Part shown: positions 52,997-64,000 of the stretch, piece by piece
Layout: each line of letters starts with the position of its first letter
How positions within the stretch are numbered: the stretch's first letter is position 1
Origin: Polyangiales bacterium
GTDB taxonomy: Bacteria; Myxococcota_A; Polyangia; Polyangiales; Ga0077539
Length of the DNA stretch: 64,000 nucleotides
Reading direction: 5' to 3'
NCBI GenBank assembly: GCA_044229975.1
Contig: JBGARZ010000011.1
Coordinates: 224,001-288,000, forward strand
Notes under the pieces: generated by a model
What the model was told of the DNA's origin: nothing
Databases searched by the model: none
The model's input: the letters and a program-made list of their open reading frames with translations, nothing else
Program-made: the position numbers and the translations under genes

Positions 52997-55942
52997 CTAC
53001 AAGCTCGCGTACTCGCTCATCGGCGGGCACGTGCACACCAGATTGCGGTCCCCATACGGGTTGTCGATGCGCCCCACCGCCGGCCAGAACTTGTGGTCCT
53101 TCAACCACGCCACCGGGTACGCCGCCTGCTCGCGTGAGTACGCGTGCTTCCACGACTCGCTCGCGATCGCCGCCGCCGTGTGCGGCGCGTGCTTCAGCGC
53201 GTTGTCGTTGCGATCGCTGCGCCCCTCTTCGATCGCGCGGATCTCTTCGCGGATCACGATGAGCGCCTCGCACAACCGATCGAGCTCGCTCCTGGACTCG
53301 CTCTCCGTCGGCTCGATCATCAGCGTCCCCGGCACCGGGAAGCTCATCGTCGGCGCGTGGAACCCGAAGTCCATCAGCCGCTTCGCCACGTCGTCGACCT
53401 TCACCCCCGAGGTCTTCTCGAAGGGTCGCAGGTCCATGATGAACTCGTGCGCCACGCGCCCGCGCGCGCCCCGGTACAGCACCGGGTACACGCCCTCCAG
53501 GCGCTTGGCCATGTAGTTGGCGTTGAGGATCGCCACCTGCGTCGCGCGCTTCAACCCATCACCGCCCATGAGCGCGATGTACACCCACGGGATCGTCAGG
53601 ATGCTCGCGCTCCCGTAGCCCGCCGCGCTGATCGGCCCGATGGCGTCGGGGCCCGCCACCGCGGGCGCGCTCACCGGGTGACCCGGCAGGTACGGCGCGA
53701 GGTGCTTCGCCATCGCGATGGGTCCCATGCCCGGTCCGCCGCCGCCGTGCGGGATGCAGAACGTCTTGTGGAGGTTCATGTGGCAGACGTCCGCGCCGAT
53801 GTCGCCGGGGCGGCACAGGCCCACCTGCGCGTTGAGGTTGGCGCCGTCCATGTAGACCTGACCGCCGTGCGAGTGGACCTCCTCGCAGATCGCGCGGATC
53901 TCCTCCTCGAACACCCCGTGCGTCGACGGGTACGTCACCATCAGCGCCGCGAGGTTGTCCTTGTGGGCCTCGACCTTCGCGTGCAGGTCGGCCACGTCCA
54001 CGTCGCCGTTGGCGGTGCACTTCACGGCCACCACCCGCATGCCCGCGATGACGGCGCTGGCCGGGTTGGTCCCGTGGGCGGAGTCGGGGATGAGGCAGAT
54101 GTCGCGGTGGAAATCGCCGCGCGCGCGGTGGTACGCGCGGATGACCATGAGCCCGGCGAACTCGCCCTGCGACCCGGCGTTGGGCTGAAGGCTCACCGCG
54201 TCGAAGCCGGTGATCTCCGCGAGCCAGCGTTCGAGGTCGGCGAAGAGCTTGTGGTAGCCGCGGGTCTGCTCCGACGGCGCGAACGGGTGCATGTCGCCGA
54301 AGGCCGCCCAGGTCACCGGGAGCATCTCGCTGGTGGCGTTGAGCTTCATCGTGCACGACCCGAGCGGGATCATCGAGTGCGTCAGCGACAGGTCGCGCCC
54401 GCGCAGCTTGGTGATGTAGCGAAGGAGCTGCGTCTCCGAGTGGTACGCGCTGAACACCGGGTGCGTGAGGATCGCCGACCTGCGCGCGAGCGACGCAGGC
54501 AGCGCGACGGGCGACTCGCGGAGGAGCGCATCGGGCGACATCGTCGCCGAGCGGTTGCCCGCGAGGTCGAAGACGGTGAACAGCGTGCGCAGCTCGTCGC
54601 GCGTGGTGGCCTCGTCGAGGGCGACGCCGAGGGTGCCGTCGGCGTGCTCGCGGAGGTTGATGCGGTGCTGGTGGGCGCGCGTGATGACGTCGCTCGCGCG
54701 GCCGCCGGCGACCTGCACGCGCAGCGTATCGAAGAACTCGCCGTGCACGATGGTGTGCCCGAGGCGACGCAGACCCTCGCCGAGCGCGCGGGCCATGGCG
54801 TGGGTGCGCACCGCGATGCGCCGCAACCCATCAGGACCGTGATAGACGGCGTACATCCCGGCCATGATGGCCAGCAGCGCCTGCGCCGTGCAGATGTTGC
54901 TCGTCGCCTTGTCGCGGCGGATGTGCTGCTCGCGCGTCTGGATCGCCATGCGCAGCGCGACCTGACCGTGAGCATCACGCGACACGCCGATGATGCGGCC
55001 GGGCATACGGCGGGCGTGTTCGCTCTTCGTCGAGATGAACGCGGCGTGCGGTCCGCCGAAGCCCATGGGGACGCCGAAGCGCTGGCTGTTGCCGACGGCG
55101 ATGTCGGCGCCGAGCTCGCCCGGCGAGGTGAGTGAGACGAGCGCGAGGAGGTCGGTGGCCATCACGACCTGGGCGCCCGCGGCGTGGGCGCGCTCAATGG
55201 TCTCGCGCCAGTCGGCGATGGAGCCGTCCGTTGCGGGGTACTGGAGGAGCAGACCGCAGACGGGCGCGCTCGCATCGACGGGCAGCGCGGCGTGGGCGTC
55301 GACGGTGGTGACCTTGACGCCGAGGGCTTCGGCGCGGGTCGCGACGACGGCGATGGTCTGCGGGTGGCAGCCCTGGTCGACGAGGAAGGTGCGCGGGGTG
55401 TCGTGACCGCCGGCGATGGTCACGCACATGGCCATGGCTTCGGCGGCGGCGGTTCCTTCGTCGAGGAGGGAGGCGCCGGCGAGGGGGAGGCCGGTGAGGT
55501 CGGAGACGAGGGTCTGGAAGTTGAGCAGGGCTTCGAGGCGGCCCTGGGCGATCTCGGCCTGGTAGGGCGTGTATTGCGTGTACCAGCCCGGGTCTTCGAG
55601 GATGTTTCGCTGGATGACGGGCGGCGTGATGGTCGGGTGGTACCCGAGCCCGATACACGACCGGAACCGCTGGTTTTCCGAGGCGACGCGGTGGAGGAGC
55701 GAGAGCAGGCCGTGCTCGCTGCGGGCGGTGGCATCGTCGACGCCGTGCTGCGAGAGCTCGATGCGCAATGGGCGCTGGAGGCGGATGTTGGCCGGGACGG
55801 TCTCGTCGGCGAGGGCGTCGAGGGAGGCGGCGCCGATGGTGGCGAGCATGGCCGAGACGTCATCGTCGCTGGGGCCGACGTGGCGGTGGACGAAGGTGTC
55901 GGAGGGGTCGAGGAGGGCGCTGGTCTCGTGCTCGGATCGCAT
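52997..55942 (-). CDS. gcvP: Glycine dehydrogenase (glycine cleavage P protein)
   Basis: [60 protein letters not shown]. Confidence 0.98.
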   Translation of the reverse strand: MRSEHETSALLDPSDTFVHRHVGPSDDDVSAMLATIGAASLDALADETVPANIRLQRPLRIELSQHGVDDATARSEHGLLSLLHRVASENQRFRSCIGLGYHPTITPPVIQRNILEDPGWYTQYTPYQAEIAQGRLEALLNFQTLVSDLTGLPLAGASLLDEGTAAAEAMAMCVTIAGGHDTPRTFLVDQGCHPQTIAVVATRAEALGVKVTTVDAHAALPVDASAPVCGLLLQYPATDGSIADWRETIERAHAAGAQVVMATDLLALVSLTSPGELGADIAVGNSQRFGVPMGFGGPHAAFISTKSEHARRMPGRIIGVSRDAHGQVALRMAIQTREQHIRRDKATSNICTAQALLAIMAGMYAVYHGPDGLRRIAVRTHAMARALGEGLRRLGHTIVHGEFFDTLRVQVAGGRASDVITRAHQHRINLREHADGTLGVALDEATTRDELRTLFTVFDLAGNRSATMSPDALLRESPVALPASLARRSAILTHPVFSAYHSETQLLRYITKLRGRDLSLTHSMIPLGSCTMKLNATSEMLPVTWAAFGDMHPFAPSEQTRGYHKLFADLERWLAEITGFDAVSLQPNAGSQGEFAGLMVIRAYHRARGDFHRDICLIPDSAHGTNPASAVIAGMRVVAVKCTANGDVDVADLHAKVEAHKDNLAALMVTYPSTHGVFEEEIRAICEEVHSHGGQVYMDGANLNAQVGLCRPGDIGADVCHMNLHKTFCIPHGGGGPGMGPIAMAKHLAPYLPGHPVSAPAVAGPDAIGPISAAGYGSASILTIPWVYIALMGGDGLKRATQVAILNANYMAKRLEGVYPVLYRGARGRVAHEFIMDLRPFEKTSGVKVDDVAKRLMDFGFHAPTMSFPVPGTLMIEPTESESRSELDRLCEALIVIREEIRAIEEGRSDRNDNALKHAPHTAAAIASESWKHAYSREQAAYPVAWLKDHKFWPAVGRIDNPYGDRNLVCTCPPMSEYASL

Positions 55943-56102
55943 CGTAGGGGGGTCAATCCTTTCCGGGGGAGCGGACGGGCCGTGAGGGCATCGGAGGGGC
56001 TCAGAGGGCTGAGACGCGGGGGGAGATAGGTCAAGCTGACGCGGTGGGTCAACCGCGGGACATCTGTCATCCGTGTGAGTGATGGGCGTAGTCTCCCGGC
56101 GC

Positions 56103-56510
56103 ATGGGCGACAAGGTGAAGGGATTGATCGTTCTGGCCCTCATCGCTGCGGCGGGATGGAAGGGCTACGACTGGTGGAAGGGGCGCAACGTGGCGCACCA
56201 GTTTGCCTTCGCGGTGGAGGGGCCGCAGGGCTGCGAAGTGGCGCTCGACTACGCGGTCGGCGAGGCGGCCCACACGGACCGTCAGGCGCTGCCGTGGGAG
56301 GGCGAAGGCATCGCGAGCACCGGGCACCAGACGGTGCGCTTGAAGGCCGTGGTCCCGGCGAGCTGCCACTGGCAACCCGAGCAGGTGCGGTGCGTGGTGA
56401 CGCGCGACGGAGCTCCCTGGCAGAACGTGACGTCGCACCGGCAGACGGATCCGAGCAATGGGGATCCCAACGGCGCGCTGTGCGAAGTGGAGCGCGACGC
56501 GACGCAGTAG
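56103..56510 (+). CDS. Hypothetical membrane-anchored protein
   Basis: N-terminal TM, four Cys. Confidence 0.65.
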   Translation: MGDKVKGLIVLALIAAAGWKGYDWWKGRNVAHQFAFAVEGPQGCEVALDYAVGEAAHTDRQALPWEGEGIASTGHQTVRLKAVVPASCHWQPEQVRCVVTRDGAPWQNVTSHRQTDPSNGDPNGALCEVERDATQ

Positions 56511-57581
56511 CTACGCGCGGGTCAGCACGCCGAAGTCCACCAGCATCGCGACGGCGTCCGCCGGCACCTCCTCGCCCGCTGCGCCCGTCGCTGCTGCGAT
56601 CGCCGCGTCGGTGGGCCGCCCATCGAAGTGGTGGAGCTGATCGAAGAGCACCCGCGGCACCGTCAGCGGATCGAGGTGGCTGTACCCCTGCACGCGCACC
56701 GTGTCGGCGGTGAGACCGACGACCTGCGCGCGGCCGAGCGCGAGCCGTGACGGCAGCGACTCCTCGCGGAGCTGCGCCTGCGCGAGACGCACGGTGCGTG
56801 CGAGGGCGAGCACCTCGGCGCCACCGAGGGCGAGCGCGTCGCGGGCCGAGAGCGACTCGGCGACGACGGTGCAGGCGATGAAGTACCCATCGATGTCGGA
56901 GGCCCAGCGGCCCCACGCCGCGTCGGCGGAGACGAGGACATCGGCGCGCGGGTTGCCGTGCGGTTGGTCGAGCGGCGCGAGGCGAGCGATGGCTTCGGGG
57001 GGAATGTCGAGGGTGAGCGCGCAGTGCCAGGCGACGGCGCGTTCGAGGCGGGTGAGGAGCTGTTGGAGGCGGTTCCAGAGGGCCTTGGAGCGCTCGCCGC
57101 GGGTGTGCTTGCAGAACCACGTCGCGCAGGTGGCCTCGCGCCACGCCCAGACGCCGCAGCGTCCCGTGACGGGCTCGTAGTGGGGACAGCGCAGCGAGAC
57201 GTCGCGACCAAAGTGGGCAACGTCGGTGTGATGCGAAGAGACCGTCGCGTGGTCGGCGAGGAGGCCGAGCGGGGAGAGGTCCGACGCATCAGCGATGCGG
57301 CGACGGATGGACGCGGCGGCGACGGGCGAAGCATCGCGGAGCGCACCACCGACGAGGAAGTTGGCGAGCGTCGGGAGGAAGGTGCAGCAACGGGTGTCGG
57401 GCGAGAAGACCATCGCGCCGGGCGGAGCGGCGGAGTCGATCATCGCGCAGTCGTCGCAGGTGGCGTTGACCTCGTCGGGCAGCGACGGGTCGTCGAGCGC
57501 GGCCGTGAGCCAGCGCGCCTGGAGCGGCGGCAGCGCCGAGTCGGGCGAGCGCTGGAGGAGCGGGAGCGAGCGGCGGGTCAT
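56511..57581 (-). CDS. Cys-cluster protein (YkgJ-like putative Zn/Fe-S binding)
   Basis: CDDC...RCCT...CPHY...CGVW..REATCATWFC. Confidence 0.7.
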   Translation of the reverse strand: MTRRSLPLLQRSPDSALPPLQARWLTAALDDPSLPDEVNATCDDCAMIDSAAPPGAMVFSPDTRCCTFLPTLANFLVGGALRDASPVAAASIRRRIADASDLSPLGLLADHATVSSHHTDVAHFGRDVSLRCPHYEPVTGRCGVWAWREATCATWFCKHTRGERSKALWNRLQQLLTRLERAVAWHCALTLDIPPEAIARLAPLDQPHGNPRADVLVSADAAWGRWASDIDGYFIACTVVAESLSARDALALGGAEVLALARTVRLAQAQLREESLPSRLALGRAQVVGLTADTVRVQGYSHLDPLTVPRVLFDQLHHFDGRPTDAAIAAATGAAGEEVPADAVAMLVDFGVLTRA

Positions 57582-57702
57582 CGCGAGGGAGCGGAGCGTA
57601 CCAGGGGTTCGCAAGGGCGCGTCAGGGTATGTCACCGACGGGTTGCAGCGGACGCGGGCTCTGTTACGGGAGGGCGATGCCTTCATTGGAGCATCAGCCT
57701 CC

Positions 57703-58195
57703 GTCGACGAAGAGACGGCTCGGGCCGCACCCGAGTTCACCATCGCCGCGGCGCTCGCCCATGCGGACAATCCCGACGCTGTGGACCTCGTGCGGGCGAT
57801 TCCAGCGGCCCTCGACGTGCTCGACGCTCCCCATGTGCGCGTATCTTCTGGCCCTGCGGCGCGCGCTTTCACCAGTCCTCCGCGACCTCCTGGAGAACCT
57901 CACCATGAGCACCGAAAACATCTTCGAGCTGCCAGCGCCTCCCTGGCTGGAGAAGATCGAGTCCGCGGCCAGCGCCCGCGGTGAAGCCCGCGGTGAGGCC
58001 CGCGGTGAAGCCCGCGGTGAAGCGCTCGCGGTGCTCAAGGTGCTCGAAGCGCGCGGCGTCGCGGTGAGCGAGGCCATTCGCGCTCAGGTTCTCGCCTGCG
58101 CCGACCGGCCTACCCTCGACCGCTGGCTCAAGCGCGCCGTCACCGCGAAGACCGCCGCCGCAGTCGTCCGCGCACCCCGCGCTACGCGTCCTTGA
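57703..58195 (+). pseudogene. 5'-truncated, frameshifted Rpn/YadD-like gene remnant with intact C-terminal ORF (57905-58195)
   Basis: ARAAPEFTIAAALAH in one frame; shift near 57841 to YLLAL...(ARGE)4...VLEARGV...LDRWLKRA; 12-bp tandem repeat x4 at 57974-58021. Confidence 0.65.
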
Positions 58196-59348
58196 GGGCC
58201 TGCCGCCACTGCGCCGGGAGGTCGAGCAGCCCCTCGCTGTGCAGGTGGTCGTAGAACGCGTCGCACATCACCGCGCACGCCGTGCTGAACACCCGCGGAT
58301 CAGCCACGAACCCTCTCGTCTCGGGCCGCAGCGAGGCGTCCGTCGCGTCGAGCCGCGCCACCAGCGGGTCTTGCACGTTGAGCACGAGGTCTTCCAGGAA
58401 GTGCTTCTCGAACACCTCGCGAAACCGCGGAAACGCCCGCGGCCCGACGCGCGGCATCCCGTGGATGGGGTCGCCCGCGCGCGCCACGTTGGCCTCGCGC
58501 ACCACCGCCCAGCAGAACTCTCCCAGGTTGCTTCGAAACCCATCCCGGAAGAACTCCGTGAACACCTCCACCACGATGGGCAGCAGCCGACCCAGCTCCG
58601 GCGCGCGCTGCGAGAGGTACGCCGACTGGAGGTCGCGCTCCCACCGCGACAGCTTCTCCAGCGCCGTGTCGTGAAACTCCTCGCGGTCGTACTTGAGTGA
58701 GCGCAGGTCGTCGCGCAGCCGCTGCTGGTTGCGCAGCACCGCGGTGTAGAGCGCCTGCTCGGGGCTGTGCACCACGCGGGCGGCGAGCTCCTTCGGGCTC
58801 GCGTTGACCCCCAGCGCGAACTCGAAGAACAGCGTCGTGAAGCGCCGCGAGAGCAGGTCGAGCTTGAGCTTGAGGAAGGTGCCGCGGCGGGGGTCGAGGA
58901 TCTGCTCCAGGCTCTTCCTGAGCACGGCGATGAGGTCGATCTCGTAGTCGGCGCTGCTGACCTTCGACTCGGGCCGCTGCGACTGCCGAACGTCCTGGAT
59001 GGCCTTGAGCTCGTCGATCACCTGCTGCGTGATCGCGTCGAGCTCGGCGTTGGTCCGCTGCTCGGGGTTGAAGAACACCACCCGCGCGCTCACCTGCTCG
59101 CCGCGCAGCTTGAGCGCCGCGCTCGCGAGGTCGAGCCGCTGCTGGGTACTCCCACCGCCGATGAGTGAGCCGCTCGCGGGGTCGCCCGCGCTCGCCGGGG
59201 GTCGCGGGGCGGGCCGCGCGCCCGAGTCGGTGCGCTTGGTCAGGAGCATCGGCGTGCTGTCGCGCACCTCGGTGTTGTCACGCCGCGCGTCCGCAGGCAC
59301 AGGGGGCGGCGCCGTCGATGGGACTCCCGGTCGGTTCTTGTCGCTCAC
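58182..59348 (-). CDS. Hypothetical helical protein
   Basis: Long ORF with strong GC3 bias. Confidence 0.7.
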   Translation of the reverse strand: MSDKNRPGVPSTAPPPVPADARRDNTEVRDSTPMLLTKRTDSGARPAPRPPASAGDPASGSLIGGGSTQQRLDLASAALKLRGEQVSARVVFFNPEQRTNAELDAITQQVIDELKAIQDVRQSQRPESKVSSADYEIDLIAVLRKSLEQILDPRRGTFLKLKLDLLSRRFTTLFFEFALGVNASPKELAARVVHSPEQALYTAVLRNQQRLRDDLRSLKYDREEFHDTALEKLSRWERDLQSAYLSQRAPELGRLLPIVVEVFTEFFRDGFRSNLGEFCWAVVREANVARAGDPIHGMPRVGPRAFPRFREVFEKHFLEDLVLNVQDPLVARLDATDASLRPETRGFVADPRVFSTACAVMCDAFYDHLHSEGLLDLPAQWRQALKDA

Positions 59349-59431
59349 AGCGCGGCGGAGTCTATCGGTCCTCGCCTGCGGTGCCCACTCCCTGCATGAT
59401 CGCGCGTTCAACCTCCCCACCCCCTCTTCCA

Positions 59432-60355
59432 ATGAGCAACCGCGAACTCCTGGCCCTCGGGACGGCGTCCCAGGTTCCGACCCGCCGCCGCAACCACAAC
59501 GGCTATTTCCTGCGCTGGGACGACGAGGGATTCCTCTTCGACCCCGGCGAAGGAACCCAGCGCCAGATGGTCTTCGGCGAGCTCCCCGCCAGCGCCATCC
59601 ACCGGGTGTTTGTCACCCACTTCCACGGCGACCACTGCCTCGGCCTCGCGGGCATCCTGCAGCGCCTCTCCCTCGACCGCTGCGCCCACCCGGTCACGGT
59701 GCACTACCCCGCCTCGGGGCAGGTGTACTTCGAGCGCCTCCGCGACTCGTCGATCTACCACCACGCCGCGACCATCATCCCCGCACCCATCGAGATCGCC
59801 CCCGACACCCTCGCCGTTGTCGCCGAGACCGAGAGCTACCGCCTCCTCGCGCACGTGCTCGACCACCCCGTCCCGACGCTCGGCTACCGCTTGGAAGAGC
59901 GCGCTGGACGAAGGTTTCTGCCCGATCGTCTCGCCGCGCTCGGCGTGCACGGCCCGATGGTGAAGGCCCTCTCCGACGCCGGCTCACTGCCCGTCGGCGA
60001 GCGGCTCGTGACCGTCGACGAGGTGAGCGTTCCGAAGGAGGGCAGCGTCGTGGCCTTCGTGATGGACACCCGCGCATGTGCTGGTGCCGTGGCCCTCGCC
60101 CGCGACGCCGACCTCCTCGTGATGGAGGCCACCTTCGCCGCGCGCGACCAGCAGCTCGCCGACGCCTACGGCCACTCCAGCTCCGTCGACGCCGCGCGCA
60201 CCGCCCTCGCCGCGGGCGCGAAGAAGCTCGCCATCACCCACTTCTCGCAGCGCTACACCAGCACCGACGACCACCTCGCCGAGGCGCGCGCCATCTTCCC
60301 CGCGACCGTGGCCCTGCGCGACCTCGACCGCGTCGACGTCCCCCGCCGCCGATAG
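59432..60355 (+). CDS. rnz: Ribonuclease Z
   Basis: LGTASQVPT..RNH, FDPGEGTQRQ, THFHGDHCLGL, EATF, GHS, THFSQRY. Confidence 0.93.
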   Translation: MSNRELLALGTASQVPTRRRNHNGYFLRWDDEGFLFDPGEGTQRQMVFGELPASAIHRVFVTHFHGDHCLGLAGILQRLSLDRCAHPVTVHYPASGQVYFERLRDSSIYHHAATIIPAPIEIAPDTLAVVAETESYRLLAHVLDHPVPTLGYRLEERAGRRFLPDRLAALGVHGPMVKALSDAGSLPVGERLVTVDEVSVPKEGSVVAFVMDTRACAGAVALARDADLLVMEATFAARDQQLADAYGHSSSVDAARTALAAGAKKLAITHFSQRYTSTDDHLAEARAIFPATVALRDLDRVDVPRRR

Positions 60356-60374
60356 GCGGTATCGTCCCCACCCC

Positions 60375-61007
60375 ATGGACCTCGACGCCCTCTTCCGCAC
60401 GCTCGAACCCGTCGCGCGCGCGCGCTGCACCGACGACCCCGCCCACGACTGGCTCCACGTCCGGCGCGTCGTCGCGAGCGCCCGCACCATCGCCGAGGCC
60501 GAGGGCGCCGACCGCCACGTCTGCACCACGGCGGCGCTGCTGCATGAGCTGTTCAATCACCCCAAGGGGCACCCGGAGTCGCACCGCTCGGGGGAGGTCT
60601 GCGCCGAGCATGCGCGGCTGCTGCTGCGAGAGCACGACGCGCCCGACGGCTTCGTCGAGGCGGTGGGCTACGCCATCGCGGTGCACCCGTTTTCACTGGG
60701 CGTGACGCCGACGACCCTCGAAGCGAAGGTGTTGCAGGACGCCGACCGCCTCGACGCCATCGGGGCCATCGGGCTGGCGCGGTGCTTCGCGACCTGCGCG
60801 GTGATGCGGCGGCCGTTCTATGAAGTGGATGACCCGTTCTGCGAGCGGCGCGCGCCCGACGACAAGCTGTGGGGCATCGACCACGTCTACAAGAAGCTGC
60901 TCAAGCTCCGCGACGGCATGAACACCCCCACCGGACGCGCGATGGCGGGACGTCGCAACGAGGTGATCGAGCGCTTCATGGACGACCTGCGCGCCGAGCT
61001 CGGATAG
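60375..61007 (+). CDS. HD-domain phosphohydrolase (HE variant)
   Basis: AHDWLHVRRV, ALLHE, QDADRLDAIGAIG. Confidence 0.88.
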   Translation: MDLDALFRTLEPVARARCTDDPAHDWLHVRRVVASARTIAEAEGADRHVCTTAALLHELFNHPKGHPESHRSGEVCAEHARLLLREHDAPDGFVEAVGYAIAVHPFSLGVTPTTLEAKVLQDADRLDAIGAIGLARCFATCAVMRRPFYEVDDPFCERRAPDDKLWGIDHVYKKLLKLRDGMNTPTGRAMAGRRNEVIERFMDDLRAELG

Positions 61008-61014
61008 CGCCCGG

Positions 61015-61671
61015 TCAGCGCGGCGGCGTGGCTACGACTGTGTGGGGTGACGGCACGGGCGGCGCCTCGTCGCGCTCACCGATGGGCTTCCACCCGTGGC
61101 GACGCAGGAAGGTACGCACCTTCCCGAACTGCTCCATGCACATGAACACCGGCGCGTATTCGTCGGTCAGTCGCACGGGCGCGTCGGGCTCGTCGAGCAC
61201 CACGACGATGCGCGCGACGTCGCGAGCGCCGGTCAGCTCCGTGGGCGCAGTGACCGGCCCGAAGCGCTGCTTGTCCGTCGCGCGCTCGATGCCCTTGCGC
61301 TCGACCTCGACGTCGCGAACGGCGGAGAGCGCCAAGACCGCGGGCTCTGGTTGTCCCGCGCGGGTGATGGTGAGGGCGCCGTCGTGTACGTCGAGCGTGA
61401 AGCCCGGGTCGACCTGCCTGGCCCGGCGAACGCCGTGATAGACCGCGAGCGCCAGCGCGCAGCCGATCGCGACCTCGGGCAGCTCGATCGCCACCACCGA
61501 CAGCACGAAGACCTCCAGCATCAGCAGGTAGTAGCCGCGCAGCGCCACCTTGCTGCGGGTGTCGCGGGTGGAGTCCTTCCACACGACGACCAGCGTCGGC
61601 TCCACGGTGCGCGCCTCGGTCTTGGGGGGCGTGCGGTATGGCGTGGCGCTCGACATCGCAGGTTCGTTCAT
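61015..61671 (-). CDS. Hypothetical membrane protein
   Basis: Two TM segments then a PH-like region; TPYR N-terminal motif. Confidence 0.65.
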   Translation of the reverse strand: MNEPAMSSATPYRTPPKTEARTVEPTLVVVWKDSTRDTRSKVALRGYYLLMLEVFVLSVVAIELPEVAIGCALALAVYHGVRRARQVDPGFTLDVHDGALTITRAGQPEPAVLALSAVRDVEVERKGIERATDKQRFGPVTAPTELTGARDVARIVVVLDEPDAPVRLTDEYAPVFMCMEQFGKVRTFLRRHGWKPIGERDEAPPVPSPHTVVATPPR

Positions 61672-61672
61672 A

Positions 61673-62134
61673 TCACGGCGGTGGGTGCAGGGACTCGTCC
61701 CGCGGTGTGGTGATGCCCTGGAGCATCACGCCCGCCGCCGCGATGAGCAGCGTCGTCATCACCGGCACGAAGCGCGCCCCGGCCGTGAAGAGAAACGTCG
61801 CCCCCAGCGCCGGGAGCTGCGGAACCGACGTGGCGATGTAGAGCGCCGTCATCCGGGCGTTTTCCTCCGCGTCGGGTCGGCCCACCTTCAGCTTCGCGGC
61901 CGCGAGCGCGCGCCGCAACACCACGCGGTGCACCAGCACGCCCAGCACCGAGGCCGCCACCGTCAGCGGAACGAACCCCCACGCGATGGGCGTCAGCGTG
62001 TCGCGCACCATCAACCGCAGGTCGCGCATGTCGCTGGTGAACATCACCGTGCGGATGGCGGTCTCCACCGCGAGCGAGAGCGGGCTCGACAGCGCGATGA
62101 GCGGGAGCAGCACGCGTCGACTCACCTTCGCCAT
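61673..62134 (-). CDS. Hypothetical 4-TM membrane protein
   Basis: Hydrophobic ORF; start uncertain (62134-62224). Confidence 0.62.
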   Translation of the reverse strand: MAKVSRRVLLPLIALSSPLSLAVETAIRTVMFTSDMRDLRLMVRDTLTPIAWGFVPLTVAASVLGVLVHRVVLRRALAAAKLKVGRPDAEENARMTALYIATSVPQLPALGATFLFTAGARFVPVMTTLLIAAAGVMLQGITTPRDESLHPPP

Positions 62135-62198
62135 GGCGCGCCCACCGTACACCGACCGGTAGGACGCCGCGGGCACTCCTCCCGTATGTTCGTCGCGC

Positions 62199-64000
62199 AT
62201 GGCCCACGCCGACCCACCGACCACGCGTGACCGACGACTCGCCTGGGCGGTGGTCCTCCTCGGTGGGCTCGCGACGAGCCTCTACCGCATCACGCCGGTC
62301 TTCGACCCCGACGCGTTCTGGCACCTGCACACCGGTCGCTTCGTCGCCGCCACGCGCTCGGTGCCCTCCGTCGACAGCTTCTCCCACACCGCCGCGGGCC
62401 GCCGCTGGGACTTCGTCGACTGGCTCGCCGACGTCATCCTCTACGCCTCGCACCGCCTCGATGGCCTGCGCGGCGTCGTCCTCCTCACGGCCCTCCTCGG
62501 CGGCCTCGGCGTCGCCATCACCCTCCGCCGCGTCACCCGCCACGTCGCTCCCCTCACCGCCCTCGCCCTCTCGCCACTGGTCATGGGCGTCGGCGTCTTC
62601 CGCGTCACGCCGCGCCCGCAGACCTTCACCTTCGCGCTCTTCTCCGCGACGCTGCTGCTCCTCGACCGACCCAACGGCGCGTGGCTCGTCCCGCCCCTCC
62701 TGGTGCTCTGGCAGAACCTCCACTCCAGCGCCCCGCTCGGCCTGCTCGCCCTCGCCGCGCATGCCGTCGGCCGTGCCTTCACCGCGCGCCGCGACAAGAC
62801 CCCGCTCGACCTCCGCAACACCCTCGGCCCCGTCGCCCTCGGAGCCCTCGCGCTCTTCGTCGCCGTGCACCCCGTCGACCGATTGCGCGCCGGCTTCGGC
62901 CACATGGTCGACCCCTCGCTGATGGCGCTCATCACCGAGTGGAAGCCCATGTACCGCATGCCGCTCGGCGTCCCGGTCAACCTCGCGCTCGAAGCCCTCC
63001 TCGCGCTCGCCGTCGTCGCCGTCGTGCACCGCCCGACCCGCGCCCGCCTCGACCCCACCGCCGTCCTCGTCGCCCTCGGAACCACCGTCCTCGCCGTGCG
63101 CGCCATGCGCTTCGTCCCCCTCGCCGCCATCGCCGTCGCGCCGCTCTCCGCCCTTGGCCTCGCGGCCCTGCTCCAGCGCACCACCGTCGTCCGCGCGCTC
63201 ACCGCCCTCGCTGTCGTCGCGCTCGGATTCACCACCATCACGATGCAGCGCAAGCCCGTCGGCGTGGGCCTCCTGCCCGGTGCGTTTCCCGTCGGCGCCG
63301 CGCGCTGGGTCAACCAGCACCAACCGCGCGGTCGCCTGCTCAACGATTTCGATGACGGCGGCTACCTGATGTTCACGCTCGGCGCGCGGCACCCGGTGTT
63401 CTCTGATGGGCGCTCGTGGGCGCTGTACGACCCGGGCTTCCTGCGCGACGCGTTGCAGCCCGACTTCGAGCGCCTCGAACGCCTCGTCCCCCGCTACGAC
63501 ATCGGCCTCGCCATCGTGAACAGCGACGCCCGCATCGAGTGGTTTCAGCGCCACCCCGGCTGGTCGCTCACCTACTTCGACGACCGCGCCTTCGTCGCCC
63601 TTCGCGACGCCGACAACCCCCACCTCGCCCGCTTCGCGTACCGCGCGCTGCGTCCCATGCACTGGTCCGAAGACATCTCCGCCTGGGCCGCCGACCCCAC
63701 GCTCGCCACCGCCTCCTGGGAAGAGTCCGCGCGCGCCATCACCGACGCGCCCGACGCCTCCATCGCGTGGGTGCTCCGCGCCGCCGCGGCCGCAGCGAAC
63801 CACCGCGACCAGGTCGCCGACGAGGCCGCTCTCCGCGCGCTGCGGCTGCGACCCGATGGCGTTCCTGCGCATCGGGCGGTGCTCTACCGCTGCGCCGTCC
63901 ACGAAGACCGGGCGTGTGTCTGCCAACACGCCGCGTGGGTGCTGGGACGCGCTCCACGCAACGGCTTCGCCCGCGGACTCTCGCAGCGCTTCCGCTGCCA
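62199..64000 (+). CDS. Multi-TM GT-C-like glycosyltransferase with TPR-like tail (runs off the window's right edge)
   Basis: Manually read frame: DPDAFWHLHTGR...DSFSHT.AG..W..VDWL, RPQTFT, LWQNLH, ITEW, GGYL, DGR..LY. Confidence 0.75.
   Translation, partial: MAHADPPTTRDRRLAWAVVLLGGLATSLYRITPVFDPDAFWHLHTGRFVAATRSVPSVDSFSHTAAGRRWDFVDWLADVILYASHRLDGLRGVVLLTALLGGLGVAITLRRVTRHVAPLTALALSPLVMGVGVFRVTPRPQTFTFALFSATLLLLDRPNGAWLVPPLLVLWQNLHSSAPLGLLALAAHAVGRAFTARRDKTPLDLRNTLGPVALGALALFVAVHPVDRLRAGFGHMVDPSLMALITEWKPMYRMPLGVPVNLALEALLALAVVAVVHRPTRARLDPTAVLVALGTTVLAVRAMRFVPLAAIAVAPLSALGLAALLQRTTVVRALTALAVVALGFTTITMQRKPVGVGLLPGAFPVGAARWVNQHQPRGRLLNDFDDGGYLMFTLGARHPVFSDGRSWALYDPGFLRDALQPDFERLERLVPRYDIGLAIVNSDARIEWFQRHPGWSLTYFDDRAFVALRDADNPHLARFAYRALRPMHWSEDISAWAADPTLATASWEESARAITDAPDASIAWVLRAAAAAANHRDQVADEAALRALRLRPDGVPAHRAVLYRCAVHEDRACVCQHAAWVLGRAPRNGFARGLSQRFRC

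Noticed and set aside
55943..56080. Glycine riboswitch upstream of gcvP
   Set aside because: No GGAGA...CCGAAG...CUCUCAGG signature found on the minus strand

Overview
Very GC-rich bacterial DNA whose gene content (TIGR04551-like barrel, Ser/Thr kinases, many lipoproteins, Uma2/Rpn-like proteins) points to Myxococcota/Polyangia; this assignment is an inference. Housekeeping and metabolic genes include add, katG, gcvP, rnz, an aldo/keto reductase, a carotenoid oxygenase with an AraC regulator, and an FAD sugar-lactone oxidase. A polyhydroxyalkanoate locus (phaC, acyl-CoA ligase, short PhaE-like protein, phaR, phasin-like protein, PhaR-box-like motifs) is followed by a lipoprotein / hydrolase / outer-membrane barrel / lipoprotein module. 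The most notable feature is an integron-type gene-cassette array at about 32900-37950. It has six 88-91 bp attC sites of one family plus one short degenerate site, about eight co-oriented lower-GC cassettes (one a toxin-antitoxin cassette with a nonsense-mutated toxin), and an attI-like start with 42-bp direct repeats. There is no integrase in the window; an AbiEii-like gene pair lies where intI would normally be. Three families of intergenic palindromic REP/MITE-like elements and several gene remnants are also present. All family assignments come from motif recognition, not database searches.
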